Positions 48,941-59,578 of a stretch of 64,000 bases of DNA are shown piece after piece. The notes under the pieces were generated by a model. It saw nothing but the letters and a program-made list of their open reading frames with translations. It was not told the origin of the DNA and searched no databases. The DNA is taken from positions 55,276 to 119,275 of the forward strand of contig JAGOOG010000006.1 of the NCBI GenBank assembly GCA_017992605.1, written 5' to 3'. A program made the position numbers and the translations under genes. Position 1 is the stretch's first letter, and each line of letters starts with the position of its first letter. Origin of the DNA: Deltaproteobacteria bacterium (GTDB taxonomy: Bacteria > Desulfobacterota > Desulfomonilia > UBA1062).

Positions 48941-50167
48941 CTACGGGCAGACAGAGGAAATGAAGCACCCACCGCCGCCTCCGCTGGCAGCGGGCGCTGT
49001 TTCCTGTTCGGCGCTCACCTTGAATTTCCCGAACTCGATGGTCGAAAAGTTCACCAGGCCGTCGGCGCAACTGGCCCCTGCGATGGTCTCCCAGGCGCCC
49101 GATTCCTCGTCATACCTCTCGACCACGGGATTTTCCCCGTCTATCTCGACGCTGACCGTTGCCGGCTCAGCGAGGACAAGGCCATAGGGCAACAGATCGA
49201 ACTCGACACTTTCCACGTCGCCGTAACTCACGGCCGAAGCGGCACCCGTGAACGACGTCCCGATACCGACGGGCACATCCCTGAGAATCGCCCTGCCGCT
49301 GATCTGAATGGTTATGCCCATGAGAAGTTCATCGAGATTCATGGGTGCACCCGGTTCGTAAGCCCCCATTGCACTCAGATTGGCGGTGATCGATATCCTT
49401 ACCCGGTAGACGAGGTAACCGTTCGTGTCGTACACATTGTACAGGTAGGCTCCCGGCTCGGTCGCTGTGACCGTATTGTCCAGGACATCCGGCATGGTGG
49501 CCATGAGAGGGTGGAAGGTCAGATCACCGTTCGCGTTGAGCCATGAAAGGTCTATGACATCGCCCACCTGGCCGATCACGTCCTTGAAGATGTCGTCTGA
49601 CCCCGGACAGTTCGCCGGATCCAGGGGATCGGTCCCGGCCATGTACTCGACCAGGTTCACCGCACCATCGGCATCGTCGTCCAGCGAAGAGTCGAAGGGG
49701 TCGTCGGGGTTGAGTCCCCACATCAGCTCCACGTTGTCCGGGATGCCGTCGCTGTCTGAATCTGCCAGGGGCTCAAGTCCGGAATCGGTGTCATCGATGG
49801 TGCCTCCCTGGTCGCCGGTGCTCTTGTCGACATCTCCGGGCTCCTCAACGGGTGTATGCTCGGGGATGGCGATGGAGACCTCCTGCGAATAACCGCTCTC
49901 ATTGCCGTTCACGTCGTATGCGGTGACTGCGAAATAGTAGGTCAGCCCTTCTCCGAGATTGCTGACATCGACTGAGGTCGTATCGCCGACATCGAGAGAG
50001 CCGAGGTATTGCTGGCTGCTATTTCCATAATATACCTTGTAGCCATCGAGATCGCTTTCCGTGTTTCCGGACCAGCTGATCCTTACGACCGCGCCGAAGG
50101 CTGTCTCGGTGAACGCCAGGATGCCGATGATGAGTAAGGTTGCAACAGAGTATATGCGCAGTTTCAT
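48941..50167 (-). CDS. secreted protein with fibronectin-III-like domain and thrombospondin-type-3/calcium-binding Asp-rich repeats
   Basis: Signal peptide, an FN3-like segment (RISWSGNTESDLDGYKVYYG...YYFAVTAYDVNGNES), DxDxDG repeats (DSDSDGIPDN), and a Gly-Cys-rich C-terminus. Confidence 0.6.
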   Translation of the reverse strand: MKLRIYSVATLLIIGILAFTETAFGAVVRISWSGNTESDLDGYKVYYGNSSQQYLGSLDVGDTTSVDVSNLGEGLTYYFAVTAYDVNGNESGYSQEVSIAIPEHTPVEEPGDVDKSTGDQGGTIDDTDSGLEPLADSDSDGIPDNVELMWGLNPDDPFDSSLDDDADGAVNLVEYMAGTDPLDPANCPGSDDIFKDVIGQVGDVIDLSWLNANGDLTFHPLMATMPDVLDNTVTATEPGAYLYNVYDTNGYLVYRVRISITANLSAMGAYEPGAPMNLDELLMGITIQISGRAILRDVPVGIGTSFTGAASAVSYGDVESVEFDLLPYGLVLAEPATVSVEIDGENPVVERYDEESGAWETIAGASCADGLVNFSTIEFGKFKVSAEQETAPAASGGGGGCFISSVCP

Positions 50168-50340
50168 GCCTTCGATGAGGGCAAGACATGTGCCATTGTA
50201 AATTAACTGGTTATATCGTCAGGTTATGAGTATTACGTATTGTTTAGAAGGCAAATATTGTGACCATGGTTACATTATGAACATTCCTAAGAACGCTCGG
50301 CGGCCCTATCTCATTGATTCGCTGATGGATATGGAAAAAC

Positions 50341-50369
50341 GGAAGGGAGGCAATTCTTGCCCCCCTTCC
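50341..50369 (-). terminator. rho-independent terminator downstream of secF
   Basis: Hairpin GGAAGGGAGGCAA-ttc-TTGCCCCCCTTCC. On the minus strand a T-tract follows (GTTTTTCC). Confidence 0.6.
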
Positions 50370-50375
50370 GGTGAG

Positions 50376-51281
50376 CTATTTCTTGACCCTGCTGAACAGC
50401 AGGACGATCGGGCTCGCGATATACATGGATGAATAGGTCCCGACCACCACGCCGACCAGCATGGCGAAGGCGAAGTCATGGATCACGTTCCCGCCTAGGA
50501 GAAACAGGCAGAGCGCCACCAGGAACACGGTCAGGGCAGTGAGGACAGTCCTGCTCAGGGTCTGGCTGATACTGTCGCTCATGAGGCTGGCCAGATCGAA
50601 GGAACCGGTCTGTTTCTTGATGTTTTCCCTGATGCGGTCGAAGATCACGATGGTGTCGTTCAGGGAGTATCCGACGATGGTGAGCAGGGCCGCGATGATG
50701 GTCAGGCTCATCTCCTTCTGGAGGAGGGAGAAGAGACCCATCGTTATGATCACGTCGTGCACCAGGGCAGCGATGGCCCCGACCGAGTAGCTCAGCTCGA
50801 AGCGTATCCAGATGTAGACAAGCAGCCCGATGCAGGCATAGAGGATGGACAGCAGGCCCTTGGTCTTCAGGTCCTTGCTCACCGCAGCGCCGACCACCTC
50901 GGCCCGCCGTATATCCACCTTTTCCTTGCCGAAGGCCTGGAACAAGGCGTTCTCGGCCACGGTCGAGATGCTCTTGGTGGGGTCTTCCTCGATCTGGTGC
51001 ATCCTGATCAGGAACTCGTTGGCCTCCCCACCGCTGACGCTCTGGATGGCCGCCTGTTCGAGGCCCACCGTCCTCATGGCGTTCCTGACATCCCCTGTCT
51101 CAACGCTATCCTTGAAGGCAACCTGCAGTTCGAGACCGCCCGCGAAGTCAATGCCGTAGTTGAGCCCGCGTATGAAAAAGAGAGAGGCGAGGCTGATGGC
51201 GATCAATATCCCTGAAAGGATGTATGCATATTTTCTATAACCGATAAAGTCTACGCGAAATCCCGGTCGAATGAGTTCCAT
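50376..51281 (-). CDS. secF: protein translocase subunit SecF
   Basis: 301-aa polytopic membrane protein with the SecF N-terminus and periplasmic domain. Confidence 0.9.
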   Translation of the reverse strand: MELIRPGFRVDFIGYRKYAYILSGILIAISLASLFFIRGLNYGIDFAGGLELQVAFKDSVETGDVRNAMRTVGLEQAAIQSVSGGEANEFLIRMHQIEEDPTKSISTVAENALFQAFGKEKVDIRRAEVVGAAVSKDLKTKGLLSILYACIGLLVYIWIRFELSYSVGAIAALVHDVIITMGLFSLLQKEMSLTIIAALLTIVGYSLNDTIVIFDRIRENIKKQTGSFDLASLMSDSISQTLSRTVLTALTVFLVALCLFLLGGNVIHDFAFAMLVGVVVGTYSSMYIASPIVLLFSRVKK

Positions 51282-51294
51282 CGCAACCTCCCCT

Positions 51295-52887
51295 TCAAAT
51301 GCTGATCTGCTCGACCTTGAGACTGTCCACTACCCACTCCTGTATCCACTTGGAGACGACGAGGGTGGTGAAGAGCGTGGTCAGTATACCGACACTCAGG
51401 GTCACAGCGAACCCTTTGATGGGGCCGGTGCCGAACTGGAACAGGACAACCGCGGCGATGAGCGTGGTTACGTTCGCGTCGACAATGGTCCAGAAGGCGT
51501 TCTTGTATCCTGCCTCCAGGGCCATCTTGGCAGTCCTGCCGAGACGTATCTCTTCTCGTATCCGTTCAAAAACCAGGATATTGGCGTCCACCGCCATGCC
51601 GATGGTGAGACCGATGCCTGCAATGCCCGGCAGGGTGAGCACCGCATGGAACAGGGACATGATGGCCACCAGGATGACGATGTTCGCAACGAGGGCGATA
51701 TTGGCAATGATGCCCGACCCCTTGTAGTAGACCACCATGAACACGATGACCAGCAGGGCCCCGATCAGCGATGCGAAGACCCCCTTCCTGATGGAATCCT
51801 CACCGAGAGACGGGCCCACGGTGCGTTCCTCGATGATGTCCACCGGGGCAGGCAGGGCACCGGACCTCAGAACGAGGGCAAGATCGCGTGCCTCGTCGTC
51901 GGTGAACCTCCCCTCGATGATGGCCTTGCCGCCGGAGATGGCGTCCCTGATGACGGGCGCCGAGTTGACCTTGCCGTCCAGGACGATGGCGAGGCGTCTG
52001 CCAACATTCTCGCTGGTAACCCGCTCGAACACCCGTGCCCCATCGGGGTTGAACGACAGGGCCACATAGGGCATGTTGTCCGAGGGGCTGATCCTTCCCT
52101 GTGCGTCATTGAGCATGCCGCCAGTCAGGACGGTGGCCTCCTTGAGGAGGATGGGCTGGCGGGTGTCCCTCATGTAGGCGATGTAACTGCCCTCGGGAAC
52201 CTTGCCCTGGACCGCATCGTCTACCGAGTGTTCCTCGTCCACCAGCTTGAACTCTAGTACCGCGGTCCTGCCGATGAGTCGTTTGGCCCTCTCGGGATCG
52301 GTGATACCGGGCAGCTGGAGCACGATCTTCTCGTCGGCCTGCGGTATGATGGAGGGTTCGTTTACGCCGAACTGGTCTATGCGGTTCCGGATAGTCTCCA
52401 GGGCCTGCTCCACAGACTGCTCCCGGATGTTCTTCATTTCGACGGGTTTCATCTGGTAGGTAACCTGGGTGGTGTCCCCGCTGTCCTTCTTATCGGTTTC
52501 GACCAAGTCCGGGTAGGAATCGGCCATGAGTCTTGCAAGGGCGTCGTACTCATCACTGCTTCTGAGCCCCACGACAATCTTGTCGGGTGCCTCATAGGAA
52601 ACCTTGCTGTACCTGATCCTGTTTTCGATCATGTGCGGCTTGAGATCGCCCGCCAGGGTGTTGAGCCTGTTTTCCACCGCCTTGATGGAGTCGACCTTCA
52701 ACACCATATGGATGCCGCCCTGCAGGTCGAGGCCCAGCCTGAGCTTCGACTTGGGGCCTATCCACCCCTTGGGCAGCTCCGTCTTTCCGAGGAAGCTGGG
52801 GATCGCAAGAAAGAGCGCAACCACCAGGACGACCAGGATGAGGATGCCCTTGATCTTGAACTTGTCCATTACAGTAAACCCCCGCAC
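51295..52887 (-). CDS. secD: protein translocase subunit SecD
   Basis: 530 aa, SecD periplasmic domain plus a C-terminal six-TM bundle. Likely GTG start adjacent to the yajC stop. Confidence 0.9.
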   Translation of the reverse strand: MRGFTVMDKFKIKGILILVVLVVALFLAIPSFLGKTELPKGWIGPKSKLRLGLDLQGGIHMVLKVDSIKAVENRLNTLAGDLKPHMIENRIRYSKVSYEAPDKIVVGLRSSDEYDALARLMADSYPDLVETDKKDSGDTTQVTYQMKPVEMKNIREQSVEQALETIRNRIDQFGVNEPSIIPQADEKIVLQLPGITDPERAKRLIGRTAVLEFKLVDEEHSVDDAVQGKVPEGSYIAYMRDTRQPILLKEATVLTGGMLNDAQGRISPSDNMPYVALSFNPDGARVFERVTSENVGRRLAIVLDGKVNSAPVIRDAISGGKAIIEGRFTDDEARDLALVLRSGALPAPVDIIEERTVGPSLGEDSIRKGVFASLIGALLVIVFMVVYYKGSGIIANIALVANIVILVAIMSLFHAVLTLPGIAGIGLTIGMAVDANILVFERIREEIRLGRTAKMALEAGYKNAFWTIVDANVTTLIAAVVLFQFGTGPIKGFAVTLSVGILTTLFTTLVVSKWIQEWVVDSLKVEQISI

Positions 52888-53208
52888 TTATTTTTGCACA
52901 ACATCTGCGCCCTTCTTCTGGGTGATGAACTCCCTGGACACCTTGATCTTGACCTTTTCCCCCACATCCAGGGTAAGCACGTTGTCCGTTATGCCCACCA
53001 CCTTCCCATGTATGCCGCCGCTCGTGATGACGTCGTCACCCTTCTGGAGGCTCTCCAGCATCTTCTTGTGCTCCTGGGCCTTCTTTTTCTGGGGCAGAAT
53101 GAGGAGGAAGTAGAACACGACAAAGATGAGGACAAGGGGGGCCACGCTCATGAGAAGGCTCATGGTGTCTCCGCCGCCCGGTCCCGCCGCATATGCAACG
53201 CTAATCAT
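52888..53208 (-). CDS. yajC: preprotein translocase subunit YajC
   Basis: PLVLIFVVFYFLLILPQKKK signature. AGGAG RBS before the ATG. Confidence 0.9.
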   Translation of the reverse strand: MISVAYAAGPGGGDTMSLLMSVAPLVLIFVVFYFLLILPQKKKAQEHKKMLESLQKGDDVITSGGIHGKVVGITDNVLTLDVGEKVKIKVSREFITQKKGADVVQK

Positions 53209-54316
53209 CGAACATCTCCTTGACCCTTTTTTTCAATTCGGTGAATTTTCGTTCCCTAATGGAATGCCGTATATCAGACATTAATTCAAGATAGAAATGC
53301 AAGTTATGGATGGTATTCAGGACGGAGCTCAAAATCTCCCCCGAGACGTAGAGGTGTCTCAGGTATGCCCGGGAGAAATTCCGACAGGTGTAGCAGGCGC
53401 AGGAATCGTCGGGGGGCTGCGGATCATGCCGGAACCTGGCCTGCTTCAGAGACATTTTCCCATGCCGGGTGAAAAGCATGCCGTTGCGCGCATTCCGTGT
53501 CGGCAGGACACAGTCGAACATGTCGACACCCAGGGCTACCGCCTCCACGATGTCAAGGGGCGTGCCCACACCCATGAGGTAACGGGGTTTGTCCACGGGC
53601 AGATGGACGACGGTCTCCGCCAGCACCTGCAGCATGATCTCGTGCCCCTCTCCGACGGAGAGCCCGCCGATGGAGAACCCGTCGAAGGGCAGCACCGTGA
53701 GTTCCCGGGCGCTCCGCTCCCTCAGATCGAATTCCATGCCACCCTGGACGATACCGAACAGTGCCGCGTCGCTCTTCCTCGCCTCCAGACACCGGCGGGC
53801 CCACATGCTCGTCCTGGCGACCGATTCCTCGACATAGTCTCTCGTGCTCGGGTATGCCACGCATTCATCGAGGCACATCATGACATCCGACCCCAAGTCC
53901 TCCTGGATGGCTATGGCCTTCTCCGGGGTGAGTGTCCGGCGGCTTCCGTCGATGTGCGAGGCGAACTGGACGCCCTCGTCGTTGATCCTGACCAGGGTGG
54001 CAAGGCTGAAGACCTGATAACCACCGCTGTCAGTCAATATGGGGCCGTCCCAGCCCATGAATGAGTGCAGGCCTCCGAGTGCCTTTATGAGTTCCTCTCC
54101 TGGTCTCAGGTGAAGATGGTACGTGTTACCCAGTATGATCCTGGCCCCTGCATGCCTGAGCTGTTCCGGTGTCATGGCCTTGACGGTGGCTGCCGTTCCC
54201 ACGGGCATGAATGCTGGGGTATCGACCGGTCCACGGCGCGTTTCGAGCATGCCGCAGCGTGCTTCACCGTCGGTGCACGAGAGCCGGTAGCTAGATGATG
54301 AGCATTGTATCGCCAT
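53201..54316 (-). CDS. tgt: queuine tRNA-ribosyltransferase (tRNA-guanine transglycosylase)
   Basis: TPAFMPVGT, LGGLHSFMGW, the zinc subdomain CxCxxC...H, 371 aa. Confidence 0.95.
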   Translation of the reverse strand: MAIQCSSSSYRLSCTDGEARCGMLETRRGPVDTPAFMPVGTAATVKAMTPEQLRHAGARIILGNTYHLHLRPGEELIKALGGLHSFMGWDGPILTDSGGYQVFSLATLVRINDEGVQFASHIDGSRRTLTPEKAIAIQEDLGSDVMMCLDECVAYPSTRDYVEESVARTSMWARRCLEARKSDAALFGIVQGGMEFDLRERSARELTVLPFDGFSIGGLSVGEGHEIMLQVLAETVVHLPVDKPRYLMGVGTPLDIVEAVALGVDMFDCVLPTRNARNGMLFTRHGKMSLKQARFRHDPQPPDDSCACYTCRNFSRAYLRHLYVSGEILSSVLNTIHNLHFYLELMSDIRHSIRERKFTELKKRVKEMFDD

Positions 54317-55298
54317 AACTGAAGAACCTGTATCTTTTTTGAATAGCCTCCTCGTAGGCCTTCATGATGAGCTCGTGCCCTGCAAAGGCACTCGCCAGCA
54401 TGAGCAGGGTTGAGCATGGGAGGTGGAAGTTGGTGATCATGGCGCCCACAGCCTGAAAAGAGAATCCGTTGTGGATGAAGATGTCCGTGGAACCTTTGCC
54501 CTGTTCTATACGGCCACATACCTGCATGAGATGCTCGAGCACACGCGTGACCGTGGTTCCTACCGCAACGATCCTCCTGCGCTCTCTTCTGGCCTGTTCG
54601 ATGAGGCGGGCCGCCTCCTTTGACACCGCGTAGTCCTCGGAGTGCATCACGTGGTCTTCAATCCGCTCGGTGCGGACAGGCAGAAAGGTCCCTGTCCCGA
54701 CGTGCAGCGTGACGGGGACCACGCTGACACCCCTCGACGATATGCCGGCGAGCATCTCCATGGTGAAATGGAGGCCTGCCGTGGGTGCCGCCACCGACCC
54801 GTCGTGCCTTGCGTAGACGGTCTGGTAGGCACGAACGTCCGATTCCTCGGCGTCTCTCTCGAGATAGGGCGGCAACGGCATCTTGCCCTGCTCCAGGATA
54901 CGGACGGGGTCGGACAACGACACGACGTACTCGTTTCCCGCGCACTCTTCAACGCATGCCGAAAGATTGCCGTCGAACACGACACGCATGCCGGTGCGCA
55001 TGCGCTTGGATGTCCTGATGAGACAGCTCCACCGTGCAGGACCAAGCTCCCGGAGGAGGAAGACTTCGGCCGCGCCACCCGTTTCCTTCTTCCCCAGAAG
55101 GCGTGCCCGTATCACCCTGGTGTCATTGAGGACCAGCACGTCTCCTGGGTTCAGGTAGGTGATGATGTCGCTGAACCGCCGGTGAGTCAGGTCACCGCTT
55201 CGACGGTCCACCACGAGCAGCCGGGATGTCCCTCTCGGCAAGGGATATTTCGCGATGAGATCCCTTGGCAGGCGATATGAGAACCGCGCCGTTTCCAC
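54291..55298 (-). CDS. queA: S-adenosylmethionine:tRNA ribosyltransferase-isomerase
   Basis: FSYRLPRDLIAKYP N-terminus and VLVLNDTRVIRARL. Start assigned to an internal GTG. Confidence 0.85.
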   Translation of the reverse strand: METARFSYRLPRDLIAKYPLPRGTSRLLVVDRRSGDLTHRRFSDIITYLNPGDVLVLNDTRVIRARLLGKKETGGAAEVFLLRELGPARWSCLIRTSKRMRTGMRVVFDGNLSACVEECAGNEYVVSLSDPVRILEQGKMPLPPYLERDAEESDVRAYQTVYARHDGSVAAPTAGLHFTMEMLAGISSRGVSVVPVTLHVGTGTFLPVRTERIEDHVMHSEDYAVSKEAARLIEQARRERRRIVAVGTTVTRVLEHLMQVCGRIEQGKGSTDIFIHNGFSFQAVGAMITNFHLPCSTLLMLASAFAGHELIMKAYEEAIQKRYRFFSYGDTMLII

Positions 55299-55303
55299 CG
55301 GTG

Positions 55304-55501
55304 CTACATCCCTGCCATGCCCCTGCCCAGGGAGATGATGAGCAGGCCTATGAAGGCTGCGACTATTCCTGCAGCCTGAAGTCTTCCGGTGCGCACCTCC
55401 TGTATGAAGAGCGCAAAGGACTTCACCTTCCCCGGGAAGAGGATGTAGGGAACGGCCTCGATGACGAACACCATCCCCAGAACGCACAAGAAGTAGCTCA
55501 T
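55304..55501 (-). CDS. DUF2065-like small membrane protein
   Basis: 65-aa two-TM ORF, MSYFLCVLGMVFVIEAVPYILFP. The long ORF-track call is trimmed to the internal Met. Confidence 0.5.
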   Translation of the reverse strand: MSYFLCVLGMVFVIEAVPYILFPGKVKSFALFIQEVRTGRLQAAGIVAAFIGLLIISLGRGMAGM

Positions 55502-55536
55502 AGGTGTGGTCTTATAGCCAAATTGGCCCACGGACG

Positions 55537-56574
55537 TCAATCCTGCAGCGTTCGACAATATTCTTCGGTCAGAACCGGGGCCTCGATGGATTCGGTCATG
55601 TCGGCGGGGTCCGCCCCGTACTCGGCTGCATGCCCGGGGACTCCCCGTGCCTTCCCGTATCTGAGACAGACGCCTGCAGCCGTGCGCAGGTTCTCGTCGC
55701 TCACCTTCCCCCTGATGACGCACAGCGGTCCGGAGACATCGACCATTTTGAGAAAGACGTTTCCCGGGTCGGTGAACGTCGAGATCACCTGGTTTTCACC
55801 GTCGTCCCGTGCCACGACAAGAACCGTTGAATCATCGAGCAGGTATTTCCTGCCCATGATGTCCATCAGGAGATCCGCCTTGCCGGGGAGTCCCGGGGAA
55901 CAGCGATCGAACGTCCCTCTCACCTTGCGCGAGATCTGTTCGTCGGTGAGCAGGCAGCCCCCGGCAGGTGTGGGGATCGTGTCTTCGTCCATGCCGTAGT
56001 CCAGGGCTCTCTCTATCTGTTTCTTTCTGCCCCTGCCGCTTATGTCCCACAAGGCATTCCGCTCAACGACACCGAGGCGTTCCGGGAGCGTCTCGGGCAG
56101 CTTCCTGGCACAGAGAGGCCTCAGGAGAATGCCTTCGAGCCCGGATTGCCTCTCTATGGCACGCATGATGGATCTGCGCTGTGACATGGGCCTCTGGCCC
56201 ACGACCTCCCCGGTGATGACGAATGTGGCATGCATGGTCTCGAGGAGCGAACGAGCCCTCTTGAGCATCCCGATCTTGCAGTCAATGCACGGGTTCATGT
56301 GTCGGCCGAAGCCGTGTCGGGGTGCCTTCAGGATCGATATGAGGTCTTCAGTGTAGTCGACGATACGGATGTCCAATCCATGCCGCGCTCGATGGTCATG
56401 TTTGAATGCCTCGGGGTCTCTCAGGGCATCGAAACCGAAGAAAGGGGTGCAGAAATACAGCGGGATGACCTCTACCCCCTGCCCCTGAAGTATCCTGATG
56501 GCAAGTATGCTGTCCAGCCCCCCCGAATACAGGGCGAGGCATCGCCTCTCATTCGTGTCTGTCATAGCATTCAT
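55537..56574 (-). CDS. PP-loop superfamily ATP pyrophosphatase (MnmA/ThiI-like; tRNA thiolation-type, function unassigned)
   Basis: N-terminal PP-loop ALYSGGLDS, then NPCIDCK, which resembles the MnmA NPDxxCN catalytic-Cys motif. 345 aa, adjacent to queA/tgt. Confidence 0.55.
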   Translation of the reverse strand: MNAMTDTNERRCLALYSGGLDSILAIRILQGQGVEVIPLYFCTPFFGFDALRDPEAFKHDHRARHGLDIRIVDYTEDLISILKAPRHGFGRHMNPCIDCKIGMLKRARSLLETMHATFVITGEVVGQRPMSQRRSIMRAIERQSGLEGILLRPLCARKLPETLPERLGVVERNALWDISGRGRKKQIERALDYGMDEDTIPTPAGGCLLTDEQISRKVRGTFDRCSPGLPGKADLLMDIMGRKYLLDDSTVLVVARDDGENQVISTFTDPGNVFLKMVDVSGPLCVIRGKVSDENLRTAAGVCLRYGKARGVPGHAAEYGADPADMTESIEAPVLTEEYCRTLQD

Positions 56575-56679
56575 GTCTTCGTGTACGAGATGATCAAACC
56601 TGCACGATATATACTGGAAGATGCGCCATTGGAAGAGAAGGATTCGTCGGAGTGCGTTATATTCTGTAAAGAAAATAAA

Positions 56680-56709
56680 GTCTATACCTCACACCCGTGA
56701 GGTATAGAC
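56680..56709 (-). terminator. rho-independent terminator downstream of tRNA-Asp
   Basis: Perfect 13-bp inverted repeat GTCTATACCTCAC-accc-GTGAGGTATAGAC. On the minus strand it is followed by TTTATTTTCTTT. Confidence 0.8.
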
Positions 56710-56715
56710 TTCGCA

Positions 56716-56793
<78 letters not shown>

Positions 56794-56810
56794 TTACTTT
56801 CTTATCAGTA

Positions 56811-56886
56811 TGGTAGGCGGAACAGGGATTGAACCTGTGACCTTCGGCTTGTAAGGCCGACGCTCTCCCGACTGAGCTACCCGCCC
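56811..56886 (-). tRNA. tRNA-Val (anticodon UAC)
   Basis: Reverse complement GGGCGGGTAGCTCAGTCGGGAGAGC...CUUACAA anticodon loop...GGTTCAATCC T-arm, CCA end. Confidence 0.9.
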
Positions 56887-56893
56887 TGAGTTG

Positions 56894-57169
56894 TTACTTG
56901 TTTACGACTTCCTTGAAGGCCTTGCCTGGCCTGAAGCGAGGAGTCTTGGACGCCTTGATCTTGATGGTCTCTCTGGTCCTGGGGTTGACACCCTGCCGTG
57001 CAGCCCGCTGAGCAACGTCAAACGTTCCGAAACCTACCAGTGTGACCTTGTCCCCCTTCTTGAGTGCCTGCTGAATGGCATCTGTGGCGGCATTGATCGC
57101 CTTCTCCGCAGCCGCTTTGGGGATGCCCGCCTTATTTGCCACAACGGATATCAATTCTGTCTTAGTCAA
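56894..57169 (-). CDS. hupB: DNA-binding protein HU
   Basis: TTG start after an AGGAGG RBS. LTKTELISVVANKAG...GFGTF...RQGVNPRT is an HU signature. Lies in the conserved position downstream of lon. Confidence 0.85.
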   Translation of the reverse strand: MTKTELISVVANKAGIPKAAAEKAINAATDAIQQALKKGDKVTLVGFGTFDVAQRAARQGVNPRTRETIKIKASKTPRFRPGKAFKEVVNK

Positions 57170-57255
57170 AGCATACCTCCTATAAAAAGATATTGTTTTT
57201 TTCCATGCCCAAGTGCCTTCGAACGGTAACAATATTTAGAATGGCTGTCAATAGG

Positions 57256-59565
57256 TCAATTGAGGGCCCATGCGATTATTTCGTCCATATGTTCCACGAG
57301 ATGAACCCGGATTCCGCGTAGTATATCCTTGGGTGTCTCGTCCAGATCTTTCTCGTTCTCCACCGGTATGAGGACCGTGTTCACACCCGCTTCCTTCGCG
57401 GCCAGGAGCTTCTCCTTGAGCCCGCCCACAGGGAGGACCCTGCCGCCGAGCGTGAGTTCACCCGTCATGGCGAGCTCGCTCTTGACGCTCCTCCTCGTCA
57501 GGGCCGAGACGAGGGCCGTTGCCATGGTGATCCCGGCAGAAGGACCATCCTTGGGGACCGCCCCCTCGGGGATGTGGATATGGATATCGAGGTGGTCATA
57601 GAAATCCTTGTCGAGACCGAACTCACAGGCCCGGGAACGGACATAGCTCATTCCGGCCTGAGCCGACTCCTGCATGACATCACCCATCTTCCCTGTCAGC
57701 AGGAGTTTGCCCTTTCCCGGCACCACGGTGGTCTCCACCCTGAGCAGGACGCCGCCGGCCTCTGTCCACGCGAGACCGTTCACGACGCCGACAATGTCTT
57801 TCTTGTCCCGTTGTGATCTGCGGAATCGGGGAACACCGAGCAGGTCATGGACTGCCTTCTTCGATATGATCCTGCGCGGTCGGGTTTCACCTGAAACGAT
57901 CTCCTTGACGAGTTTGCGGCAGATGGACGAGATCTCCTTCTCCATGTTCCGGACACCTGCCTCGCGGGTATACTCGTGGATGACGGTGGTGATGGCCCTG
58001 GTGGAAAACTGGACTCCCCGGTCGGCCAGGCCGTGGAGCGCTATCTGCTTCGGCACGATGTGGCCGGTCGCGATCTTGAGCTTGTCGTAAGAGGTGTAGC
58101 CCTCGAGGTGGATCAACTCCATCCGGTCGAGGAGGGGGGGTGGAATGGAGTGCGTGGTGTTTGCCGTGGTGACGAACATCACCCTGGACACATCGTAATC
58201 CGCGTCCAGGTAGTGGTCATTGAAGGCATTGTTCTGTTCCGGGTCGAGGGCCTCCAGCAGGGCGGCCGAGGGATCGCCCCGGAAATCCACGCTCATCTTG
58301 TCCACCTCATCCAGCAGGAACACGGGGTTCGAGGTGCCCGAGCGCCTGATGCCCTGGATAATTTTGCCCGGCATGGCCCCGATGTATGTCCGGCGGTGGC
58401 CTTTGATCTCGGCTTCATCCCGCACGCCGCCCAGCGAAACCCGTACGAATTTTCTTCCAACCGCCCGTGCAATGGACTTGCCGAGGGAGGTCTTGCCCAC
58501 GCCGGGAGGACCGACGAGGCACAGGATCGGCCCCCTCATGGATCCGACCATCTGCTGGACCGCCAGGTATTCGAGGATCCTGTCCTTGACCTTGTCCAGA
58601 CCGTAGTGGTCCTCGTCCAGGACCTGCTGGGCAAACGCGATATCCTTCTTGTCCTCGGTGATATCGTTCCATGGCAGCACGAGGAACCAGTCGATGTAAT
58701 TCCTGATCACCGTGGCCTCGGCGCTCATGGGGGGCATCATGCGCAACCGCTTGAGCTCGACCAAGGCCTTCTCCCGTGCGTGGACCGGCATGTTTTTGGA
58801 CCTGAGCTGCTTCTCGAGGGTGGAGACTTCGTCTTCCGAGTTCTCCATGGGTACCCGCTGGGACTGCATCTGTTCCAGTGGCGAGGCCTTCTTGGCTGCA
58901 GAGGACTTCTGCCGGGCCTGGTCCTTCATGCTGGCTTGTATCCTGGCGATTTCGATCTCTGCCTGGAGAAATTCATAGAGCCTTTCCAGCCTGGACTCGA
59001 TGTGGTTGTTCTCCAGTATCTCCTGCTTCTTCTCGGTCTTGAGGGTGGTGTAGGAAACCATGATATCGGACACCATGCCGGGGTCTTCCTGGGATTCCAT
59101 CTTCTCCAGGACCTCGGCAGCGATGTCGACGGAATAGAGCTCGGCATATTCCTTGAATGAATCGAGGACGAGCCTGCGCAGTGCCTCCGCCTCCCGTTCG
59201 TCCGCGATGACGTCGATGAAGGGCTCGGTGGCCGCGAAGAGGTAGTCGTCCCGATTGTGGACCGCCTTGACGTTCTGCCTGCTTTTTCCCTCGATGAAGA
59301 CCTTGATCGACCCATTGGGCAGCCTGAGCAGCTGGATGATGGAGGACGACACCCCGACGGAATGAATGCTGTCCTGCCGGGTCTCGTCCTTTGCCTGCTG
59401 TCTCCTGCAGCATACGAGGACGTCTTCCTTCTCCTCGAAGGCCGTGCTCACCACCTCGACGGTCTTGTCGTTTTCTATGAAGAGGGGAATGATGGTGTGC
59501 GGGAAGACAACGATGTCCTTCAGAGACAGAAGGGGAAAGACATGCTCTGATGCCTCGATCTTCAT
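57256..59565 (-). CDS. lon: ATP-dependent Lon protease
   Basis: Lon N-domain, AAA+ GPPGVGKTS, and a C-terminal S16 protease domain with the PKDGPSAG catalytic-Ser motif. Confidence 0.95.
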   Translation of the reverse strand: MKIEASEHVFPLLSLKDIVVFPHTIIPLFIENDKTVEVVSTAFEEKEDVLVCCRRQQAKDETRQDSIHSVGVSSSIIQLLRLPNGSIKVFIEGKSRQNVKAVHNRDDYLFAATEPFIDVIADEREAEALRRLVLDSFKEYAELYSVDIAAEVLEKMESQEDPGMVSDIMVSYTTLKTEKKQEILENNHIESRLERLYEFLQAEIEIARIQASMKDQARQKSSAAKKASPLEQMQSQRVPMENSEDEVSTLEKQLRSKNMPVHAREKALVELKRLRMMPPMSAEATVIRNYIDWFLVLPWNDITEDKKDIAFAQQVLDEDHYGLDKVKDRILEYLAVQQMVGSMRGPILCLVGPPGVGKTSLGKSIARAVGRKFVRVSLGGVRDEAEIKGHRRTYIGAMPGKIIQGIRRSGTSNPVFLLDEVDKMSVDFRGDPSAALLEALDPEQNNAFNDHYLDADYDVSRVMFVTTANTTHSIPPPLLDRMELIHLEGYTSYDKLKIATGHIVPKQIALHGLADRGVQFSTRAITTVIHEYTREAGVRNMEKEISSICRKLVKEIVSGETRPRRIISKKAVHDLLGVPRFRRSQRDKKDIVGVVNGLAWTEAGGVLLRVETTVVPGKGKLLLTGKMGDVMQESAQAGMSYVRSRACEFGLDKDFYDHLDIHIHIPEGAVPKDGPSAGITMATALVSALTRRSVKSELAMTGELTLGGRVLPVGGLKEKLLAAKEAGVNTVLIPVENEKDLDETPKDILRGIRVHLVEHMDEIIAWALN

Positions 59566-59578
59566 ACGCTAACGGGTG

